NCBI GenBank assembly: GCA_045113315.1 | Contig: JBGUIX010000015.1 | Coordinates: 8,670 to 72,669 of the forward strand | DNA from: Bacilli bacterium | GTDB lineage: Bacteria > Bacillota_I > Bacilli_A > RFN20 > CAG-826 | DNA: 64,000 nucleotides | Reading direction: 5' to 3' | In this document: piece by piece, positions 56,800 to 64,000 of the stretch | Position numbering within the stretch: position 1 is the first letter of the stretch | How the letters are laid out: the number at the start of each line of letters is the position of its first letter | The notes under the pieces: model-generated | Seen by the model: the letters and a program-made list of their open reading frames with translations, nothing else | Told to the model about the DNA's origin: nothing | Databases searched by the model: none | Translations under genes and position numbers: made by a program

Positions 56800-59613
56800 A
56801 TGAAAAAATTTGTAAAAGGTTTACTTGTTTCTGGATTCGCGGTTGCTTTATTAGCCGGATGTAGCAATAAAGGCAAAAGTTGTGAACCATGTCCTCCAGT
56901 TCCAGAGCCAGAAACAAAAAAAGCATGGACCGATGAAGAATTAGAACTTCTTGATTACTATTATCATGATGAAATTCCTTTTGCTTGCGAATTGTCTTTA
57001 GAAGGCATTGAAGACGGTGTTTTATACGCTGTTAGTAAAGACGAAGTAAGCGATGAAGATTTATTAGCTTATGATGATATGTTCCAAGAAGACGGTCACT
57101 TCAATATTTATAATGTTGGTCCAGTTACTGGCGGTCTTTCAGCTGACGTCGGTGAATTAGGTTTTGACCTAAGTGGGGATGTCTTCCAATACTATAGACC
57201 ATATAAGGATGAAGCTGGTTATTCATTAACTAGATTCTACACTATTGGTTTAAACGAAGATGGTCACTTACAAGTGGCGATGTCCGCCTCATTAACCCCA
57301 TTATTCTCTCTTTCTAACGGAAAGATTGGTACTGGTGGTTTATTTTCAATGTTATTTGATGATGAGGAAGGCGAATTTAATTTCTTAAATGAATATTACA
57401 TTTGGGCTGCTAATAGTAACGTGTCTCAACAAGCTCATTCCCCATCTTTAGCTGATCCGTTTGTTTATTTAACAAAATATGTTTTCCCAAAACTTTTAGT
57501 CAAGAAAACAGATACCGCTACACACTATACCTTAGGTTCTTATGATTCATTAGCAGCTTATGCTCCATTTACCTCAGGTAATATTTTATCCGATGAATTT
57601 GATTCCAAATTCTCCATCACCTTAGCGGACTTTGATGTTGCTGGTGATAAATTATCGAACTTCTACACCGAAGAAGACTATCAAGGTGTCTTAGATTGGT
57701 TTGATAAATTTATTAATGCAGGCGTTTTCGAAGTTGTTGATGCATCTATGGAAGAAGGCGAACACGGTCCTGAAGCTAGTATGTTAGTTAAAGACACTTT
57801 TGGTTTTACATCAGAATTCAGTGTTAGTTTCTTAACATATGGTGAAGGCGAAAATGTTGAAACATATTTAGAATTTGGTTATGAATTAGTCGACTATAAA
57901 TTAGTCGCTACAGCTCCGCTTGTTGCCGATGCTTTTTTAGAAGAAATTGATCCTTCATATGATGTTAGCAAGCTTCAAATTAGTTCCCACCAAGTAACAG
58001 GTGAATATACCGCCCAAGGCTATATTGCGTATGCTGAATCAGAAGACTATACTGTGGCGGATGCTCTTCAAGATGTTGTTGATGCATTTAAAGAAACTGG
58101 TATTGCCAAAGAATATGAATTAACATTCGAAGCTGCTGCTGAAGACGATATCTACGTTACAGCTTATTATAAAGACGATACAACAGAAGTTACTCTTGAA
58201 GTTGAAGTGTTTCCATATGAAATTCAAGGTAAACCAGCTATTGTTACTTATGTAACAGCTAAAGATAGAAATGCTGTTGGCACATATTTGTATGGCGAAG
58301 ACGTCGAACTTTTATCTGACTATTATAATGCTATTAATTATTGGTTAAATGACTATTATGGTCCATATATCTCTAATTATGTTAAGACTGCAAAAGCCGC
58401 AATGGATGCTGAACTTGGTATGGCTAGATTTGGTAACCTAGCTGGATTTGATAGTTTAATTGTCTCTGGCTTTGAAGCTTTAAATGGAATTAATGGCATT
58501 ACCATAAGTGGTGTGGGCTTACTCGATTATTTATTCGGATGTGAAGTGAATGTCACAACAGGTGAAATTACTTGGACAGGTACATACTCTTCTACTATTT
58601 TCCAATACGCTGCACAATATATTGAAAATGAAGAGTATTACACACCAGAAGATATTGATGCGTTAACTGAAGCATATGGGCTTGGTGTCAAAGGCGCATA
58701 TCTTGGTAAAACTGATCATAGATACTATGCATATATCATTGTTGCTTGCCAACAACTAGATCAACTCATGGATAGTATTGTTCCTTGGGCAGATCAAGCC
58801 GCTGCTTATTTAGCAGAAAAATGGACATATCAACAATCAGATTATTCTGATGAAAATTGGGCGTTAATTCAAGGACTCTATGATGCTATTGCAACATTAT
58901 GGGATCGTACCAATTTCAAAGAAACCGTTGATGACGCTGTCGCTCTTGCTGATGCTGTTCCAACTAAAGCCGAAGAAGAATTAGCAGCTTATAAAGTAGA
59001 TAAATTAGCTGCTTTACAAACAGCCTTCGCAGGATATCAAGAAGCAGATTATTATGGAGAAGGCTGGACTGCTTTAAATACCGCTTGTGAACAAGGACAA
59101 AACGCTATCAATGCCGCGACAGATAAAGATGGTGTTGATGTCGCTTATAATGATTGTGTAGCTGCCATGGATGCAGTTCCAACTAAAGCTGAAGTTGACG
59201 CCGAAAGAACAGCGAAATTATCTGAACTCGATGCAGCTTATAATGGTTATAATCAAGCTGATTATAGCGAAGACAATTGGGCTATTTTAGTTAAAGCCTA
59301 TAATGATGGAAAAGCTGCTATCAATGACGCAAAGACTGTTGAAGCTATTGATTCTGCATGTGAAGAAGCTAAAGCCGCTATGGCCGATGTTTTACCAGAA
59401 GCATACAAAACAACTAAGATAGCTGAATTACAAGCTGCTTATGATGCAAAGAGAGCTCCTGGAAAAGAATATAGCGATGAAGACAAAGCTGCTATGGACA
59501 AAATCCTTGCTGATGCTAAAGATGCCGTTAATAACGGTTCAAGCAAAGCTGCAGTTGATACACTTGTTGCTAAAGCTATTTCAGATATCAATGCATTCAT
59601 CGAAGTTAAATAA
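56800..59613 (+). CDS. Large acidic lipoprotein with C-terminal helical repeats (FIVAR/GA-like)
   Basis: Lipobox LLAGC; 3-4 repeats of about 70 aa, Y.Q.DYS.ENW...AINAA...V..A...AM.AVPTKAE. Confidence 0.8.
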   Translation: MKKFVKGLLVSGFAVALLAGCSNKGKSCEPCPPVPEPETKKAWTDEELELLDYYYHDEIPFACELSLEGIEDGVLYAVSKDEVSDEDLLAYDDMFQEDGHFNIYNVGPVTGGLSADVGELGFDLSGDVFQYYRPYKDEAGYSLTRFYTIGLNEDGHLQVAMSASLTPLFSLSNGKIGTGGLFSMLFDDEEGEFNFLNEYYIWAANSNVSQQAHSPSLADPFVYLTKYVFPKLLVKKTDTATHYTLGSYDSLAAYAPFTSGNILSDEFDSKFSITLADFDVAGDKLSNFYTEEDYQGVLDWFDKFINAGVFEVVDASMEEGEHGPEASMLVKDTFGFTSEFSVSFLTYGEGENVETYLEFGYELVDYKLVATAPLVADAFLEEIDPSYDVSKLQISSHQVTGEYTAQGYIAYAESEDYTVADALQDVVDAFKETGIAKEYELTFEAAAEDDIYVTAYYKDDTTEVTLEVEVFPYEIQGKPAIVTYVTAKDRNAVGTYLYGEDVELLSDYYNAINYWLNDYYGPYISNYVKTAKAAMDAELGMARFGNLAGFDSLIVSGFEALNGINGITISGVGLLDYLFGCEVNVTTGEITWTGTYSSTIFQYAAQYIENEEYYTPEDIDALTEAYGLGVKGAYLGKTDHRYYAYIIVACQQLDQLMDSIVPWADQAAAYLAEKWTYQQSDYSDENWALIQGLYDAIATLWDRTNFKETVDDAVALADAVPTKAEEELAAYKVDKLAALQTAFAGYQEADYYGEGWTALNTACEQGQNAINAATDKDGVDVAYNDCVAAMDAVPTKAEVDAERTAKLSELDAAYNGYNQADYSEDNWAILVKAYNDGKAAINDAKTVEAIDSACEEAKAAMADVLPEAYKTTKIAELQAAYDAKRAPGKEYSDEDKAAMDKILADAKDAVNNGSSKAAVDTLVAKAISDINAFIEVK

Positions 59614-59643
59614 TAATTAATTTATTAATTATATGCTAACATT

Positions 59644-59674
59644 ACCAGGCACATTATGTGTCTGGTTTTGTTTT
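59644..59674 (+). terminator. Intrinsic terminator
   Basis: ACCAGGCAC-attat-GTGTCTGGT-TTTGTTTT. Confidence 0.7.
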
Positions 59675-59781
59675 GAACTAAAAACATGAAAATACAATAT
59701 AATATATTGTTATGTTGCCCATAGTGGTGGATTTGTGATATATTTTTAAATAACTTTAAAAATGAAGGGAGAGGAGTGTAT

Positions 59782-60825
59782 ATGCTAAAGTATTCGATAA
59801 AAAGAATCATACTTGCCTTAGTGACAGCGTTCATTATTTTGACACTTACATTCTTCTTAGTTAAATCATTACCTCCAAGAGGGGTTTTTTCTCCTGATGA
59901 AAACGTGAGATATGCATTCTATGTCGATCAAGTGGATTTAGGATATTGTATTGATTTACCTAACGAGAATCCGTCACTTGGTAACTATTTAGAATCATTC
60001 ACTATTGGTGGTGAAACTCATTACTTCTATACAAAACCGGTATTAGATCAATATTTCAATTGGATTGGTAACATTGTTACTAAATGGGATTGGGGTAGAA
60101 GTACTGTTATTAAACCAAACTCATCAGCGATTAGAATTATCGCTCAAAGATTACCAGCTTCTATTTCTATTAACATCGTTTCCGTTGTTATATCCGTGCC
60201 ATTAGGCATTGCATTAGGCATTTTAGCCGGTTTAAAGAAAAATACTTGGGTTGACCATACCATTTCTACAGTGGTCATGATTTTCATCTCTATTCCTTCA
60301 TTTGTTGTTATTTCATTTTTGATTTATTTCTTAGCGTTTAAATCTGGTTGGTTACCGACGATGTGGCCAACACCAGATCAATCCACGCAAACAAAAGTCT
60401 TAGCCTTTATTATTCCAGTGGCTAGCTTATCATTCGGTTCTGTCTGTGGTTACACTAGATTTGTAAGAGCCGAATTATGTGAAGTTATGTCCAGCGAATA
60501 TTTATTATTAGCCAGAACTAAAGGTTTAACCAAAAACCAAGCCATTGTTAGACACGCTTTAAGAAATGCGTTCGTCCCAATCTTACCTTCCATCTTAGCG
60601 GAATTTATCGGTATCTTTGGTGGTTCTATGATCTTAGAGAACTTATATGGTATTCCAGGTATTGGTGACTTATATATTCAAGCTTTAAATCAAAACAATC
60701 CAGATTATAACGTCTTAATGGTCGATATGGCGGTCTTTACCACAGTCGGCTTATTAGCGGGTATTATTTTAGATTTATCTTATGGATTCATCGATCCAAG
60801 AATCAGAATGGGGGAAAAGAAATAG
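59782..60825 (+). CDS. oppB: Oligopeptide ABC transporter permease OppB
   Basis: EYLLLARTKGL...RHALRNA EAA loop; ENLYGIPGIG; DPRIR. Confidence 0.92.
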   Translation: MLKYSIKRIILALVTAFIILTLTFFLVKSLPPRGVFSPDENVRYAFYVDQVDLGYCIDLPNENPSLGNYLESFTIGGETHYFYTKPVLDQYFNWIGNIVTKWDWGRSTVIKPNSSAIRIIAQRLPASISINIVSVVISVPLGIALGILAGLKKNTWVDHTISTVVMIFISIPSFVVISFLIYFLAFKSGWLPTMWPTPDQSTQTKVLAFIIPVASLSFGSVCGYTRFVRAELCEVMSSEYLLLARTKGLTKNQAIVRHALRNAFVPILPSILAEFIGIFGGSMILENLYGIPGIGDLYIQALNQNNPDYNVLMVDMAVFTTVGLLAGIILDLSYGFIDPRIRMGEKK

Positions 60826-60826
60826 T

Positions 60827-62950
60827 ATGTTAGAAGAAAAAGATTTCGAATTTACTAATGAAGAACTCCCTCATGGAAATGAAGAAATTTCTGAAAAAGA
60901 TTTCGAATTAGTAAAAGTTGATAACACAGTTCACGAACAAAAGTTCCAAACTCGTCCAACAACATTCTTGAAGGACTCATTAAGAAGATTCTCTAAGAAT
61001 AAGTCATCAGTGGTGGCCGCTTATATATTAGGTGGTTTATTACTCATGTCTTTTATCGTCCCAATCGCGGATAGAAGCAACACCAAAGTTCCTCATCCAA
61101 ATGAAACTTATTTAGCACCAAAATTATTTAACGCTGGTACTGGATGGTGGGATGGTACCGAAAAATATAGCAAAATTGCTGTTGATATTTCTGAGATGCC
61201 AGAGGCCAGCAGCGATGCTGAAAAGCAAGAGCATTGGTGGCCAAGCGCGAGCAAATTCCCACAGAGAAGCGCCATTAGCAAAAAGAAATTTACTGATTTA
61301 GTTTATACCAATGATGCTTCAAGTTTAGGCAGCGAAGGTTATGGTAAAGAAGGCTATTTACAATTTGGTTATACCAGAAGTGAAAAAGCTGATAATTATG
61401 TCGATTTCTCCACAGATAGATTTGCTAATCTCTCTTTAGCGGATAATATCTACTTAACCACATTTGATACTTATGATGTTGAAAAGATTAGAGCTCTCGA
61501 AGGTAAAGATAATTTAGGTTTACCTGATAACTATGAACTTGGACAATGTGCTTTCTATTTCAATTATGTTGATGAAGATGCAGAAACTCATGAATTAGTT
61601 CATAAAGATGTTCAAATTACCGAATATAAAGTTCTTCATAATATCGGTAGTGCAATCCCTTCCGTGCGTGAAGATAAAATCAACATTTCTGAAAAAGTCA
61701 AAGCCGAAACTGGTAAAGATAGTTTTGAAAACGCTTATTTCTCTGTCCGTATGCAAGCGGATGGTACGAATAAATGTTCTTTAATTAGATCCATCACCTT
61801 TGAAGCGGAAAATGAATCATATAAAGATAACTTTACAAAGATGTCATTTACCGACGCGACAAAATGCATGACCACTTCTAAAGATGCTGGTTTTGCATAT
61901 TGGTCTTCTACCGGTATTAAACGTATCTATTTATCTAAAGCTTATTTCTGCTCATTTGTCTATGATACATATGAAGCCGCTTTCGGGGTGAGAAAAGTTC
62001 AAAACTTCTCTATTCTTAAGTTATTAGAATACGAAAGCAAAGGCTATTTATCATTTAAAGATGAATTTGGGTTTGAAACCTTAATGGAATCCGGTAATGG
62101 CTTTAGTTTCGATGCCGCTCACTTCACATGTAAGATCTTAAATGCGAAGAAATGTCCATTAGCAAGACCATTAGTAGCGGAAGATTTCTATAACTATAAT
62201 CCAGATACTGGAACATTATATTGCGAAGCCGAGATTTCCTATTATAAATTCTTAGGTTATGAAACTATGCCAAGATATTTAATGGGTACAGATAAATCTG
62301 GCAAAGATATGTTTAAATACGTCTTTGAAGGACTTAGAACATCATTATTATTAGGTGTTTTAACATTCGTTGTCTGTTTCTTATTCGGTTTAGCTTGGGG
62401 CGCGATTAGTGGTTACTTCGGTGGCACAGTCGACTTAGTGATGGAAAGATTTACCGATATCTTATCAGGTGTCCCATGGATTGTTGTTATGACTTTAATT
62501 ATTATCCATATGGGTTCTAATTTCTGGACATTCGCTTTAGCGCTTTGTTTAACCGGATGGATTGGAACCGCCTCCACAACTAGAACTCAGTTCTATAGAT
62601 TTAGAGGTCGTGAATATGTTTTAGCCTCACGTACTTTAGGTGCCTCTGATGCGAGATTAATTGCTAAACACATCTTACCTAACGCTTTAGGAACGATTAT
62701 TACTGGATCAGTTTTAATGATTCCTAGTGTGATCTTCTCTGAAGCCACAATTTCCTATTTAGGTTTAGGTTTAAAAAATGTTTCTTCATTAGGTGTTATC
62801 TTATCTGATAACCAATCGGAATTATTAACTAGTTCCTACTTATTAATATTCCCAGCGATTGTTATCGCTTTAGTGATGATTTCCTTTAACTTATTCGGAA
62901 ATGGACTTAGAGATGCGATTAACCCAAGCTTGAAAGGAGGAGAAGAATAA
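60827..62950 (+). CDS. oppC: Oligopeptide ABC transporter permease OppC with large extracellular insertion
   Basis: MGTDKSGKD, EYVLASRTLGA...KHILPN, EATISYLGLG, GNGLRDAINP. Confidence 0.9.
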   Translation: MLEEKDFEFTNEELPHGNEEISEKDFELVKVDNTVHEQKFQTRPTTFLKDSLRRFSKNKSSVVAAYILGGLLLMSFIVPIADRSNTKVPHPNETYLAPKLFNAGTGWWDGTEKYSKIAVDISEMPEASSDAEKQEHWWPSASKFPQRSAISKKKFTDLVYTNDASSLGSEGYGKEGYLQFGYTRSEKADNYVDFSTDRFANLSLADNIYLTTFDTYDVEKIRALEGKDNLGLPDNYELGQCAFYFNYVDEDAETHELVHKDVQITEYKVLHNIGSAIPSVREDKINISEKVKAETGKDSFENAYFSVRMQADGTNKCSLIRSITFEAENESYKDNFTKMSFTDATKCMTTSKDAGFAYWSSTGIKRIYLSKAYFCSFVYDTYEAAFGVRKVQNFSILKLLEYESKGYLSFKDEFGFETLMESGNGFSFDAAHFTCKILNAKKCPLARPLVAEDFYNYNPDTGTLYCEAEISYYKFLGYETMPRYLMGTDKSGKDMFKYVFEGLRTSLLLGVLTFVVCFLFGLAWGAISGYFGGTVDLVMERFTDILSGVPWIVVMTLIIIHMGSNFWTFALALCLTGWIGTASTTRTQFYRFRGREYVLASRTLGASDARLIAKHILPNALGTIITGSVLMIPSVIFSEATISYLGLGLKNVSSLGVILSDNQSELLTSSYLLIFPAIVIALVMISFNLFGNGLRDAINPSLKGGEE

Positions 62951-62951
62951 T

Positions 62952-64000
62952 ATGGAAGAGAATAAAAAAGAAGTTGTTTTATCCGTTAAAGATCTATATG
63001 TCAACTTCTCCACAGACCACGGTTATGTGCAAGCGGTTAGAGGTGTAAGTTTCGATCTATATAAGGGTGAAACTTTATGTATCGTTGGTGAATCTGGTTC
63101 TGGTAAATCAGTAACTAGTAAAACCATCATGGGCATCTTAGCGGCAAATGGTAGAATCGTCTCCGGTTCCATCATGTATGAAGGTGAAGATTTAACCAAA
63201 GTCAGTGAAGATGAATTCCATCGTATTAGAGGTCATAAGATCGGCATGATCTTCCAAGATCCTTTGTCCTCTTTAAACCCCATTATGAGAATCGGTAAAC
63301 AAATTACCGAAGCCATTTTAATTAATAGCTCTCACTTAAAGAAAAAATATAACGATTTAGTTTCTGAAGAATTAACCGCTTATAAGAATGCGATTACTGA
63401 ACTTAATAACGGTATCAGCACGAAGAAAGAAGCTGTCAAATTCTTAAAGAGTGAGAAGAAAAAAGAAATTAATAAGATTAAGAATATGGCGGAAAATGAA
63501 GCGGATGGTAAGATCTTCGCTCTAGAACAAGATTACGGCTTAGAAAAAGTCAAAATTAAACACGCCTATGATAATGTTATTGAGAATAATAAAAAGCTTC
63601 TAGAAGAAGGCAAAATTAGCCAAGAACAATTTAACGAAGACGCTAAAAATGCTTTAGAAAAGAAAGAAGCGGAATTAAAAGAAGCTAGTGAGAAATTTTT
63701 GGCGAATAAGAAATCAATTAGAGAAGAAGCTAAAGAAATTGATTCAAAGAATAAAGCTAATTTAAATTCTGTTATCGCTGAATTTGATGAAAAGATCAAA
63801 ATAGCGAAGGAAGATAGCAAATATTCTAAAAAACAATTATTAGAAAAATATCGTCCAATTATTGCAGAAACTAAAAAAGCTTATCGCTTAAAGAGTATCG
63901 AAGCGAAAAAGAAAGTGAGAGAGTTGAAAAAATCTTATCACGATGATTATTTAGCTTCTTTAGACGAAATTAAAAAGAATAACGGCACAAAAGAAGATTA
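62952..64000 (+). CDS. oppD: Oligopeptide ABC transporter ATP-binding protein OppD, 3'-truncated, with coiled-coil insertion
   Basis: ATG at 62952 after AAGGAGG; IVGESGSGKS, MIFQDPLSSLNP, then a Lys/Glu-rich insertion; open to the window end. Confidence 0.9.
   Translation, partial: MEENKKEVVLSVKDLYVNFSTDHGYVQAVRGVSFDLYKGETLCIVGESGSGKSVTSKTIMGILAANGRIVSGSIMYEGEDLTKVSEDEFHRIRGHKIGMIFQDPLSSLNPIMRIGKQITEAILINSSHLKKKYNDLVSEELTAYKNAITELNNGISTKKEAVKFLKSEKKKEINKIKNMAENEADGKIFALEQDYGLEKVKIKHAYDNVIENNKKLLEEGKISQEQFNEDAKNALEKKEAELKEASEKFLANKKSIREEAKEIDSKNKANLNSVIAEFDEKIKIAKEDSKYSKKQLLEKYRPIIAETKKAYRLKSIEAKKKVRELKKSYHDDYLASLDEIKKNNGTKED

Noticed and set aside
840-63820. Many 60-155-aa antisense or alternate-frame ORFs in the track (e.g. 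8679, 8959, 18658, 53743, 63566)
   Set aside because: They overlap well-supported genes and show no RBS or motifs

Overview
Low-GC, genetic-code-11 Bacilli/Mollicutes-like chromosomal DNA with two parts. About 1-27.3 kb is a dense, mostly plus-strand defence/conflict island. It holds an HRDC gene end, a zinc-ribbon nuclease, an R-M-like locus (frameshifted REase, N6-adenine MTase, second REase), two WYL-type regulators, a soluble FtsH-like AAA protease, Doc/Fic, two HAD-SAK proteins, an ADP-ribosylglycohydrolase, an FtsK-like ATPase, UDG-like and DUF2779 proteins, an apparently inactive PolC remnant, GmrSD and PD-(D/E)XK nucleases. About 27.3-64 kb is more ordinary: lipoproteins, transporters, FMN riboswitch-ribU, and an S8 protease with an Opp peptide-uptake locus. 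The main non-ORF signals are: (1) two compact SAM-I-type riboswitches with complete terminator/antiterminator platforms inside the island, in front of non-methionine genes; (2) a TGTAC-N8-GTACA palindrome at five island operon starts; (3) four unannotated Ibs/Sib-like type I toxin-antitoxin units in swapped order around ribU, one split by a DUF1295 gene; (4) a fic gene bracketed by 36-bp palindromic direct repeats. All calls come from reading motifs by eye; no searches were run.
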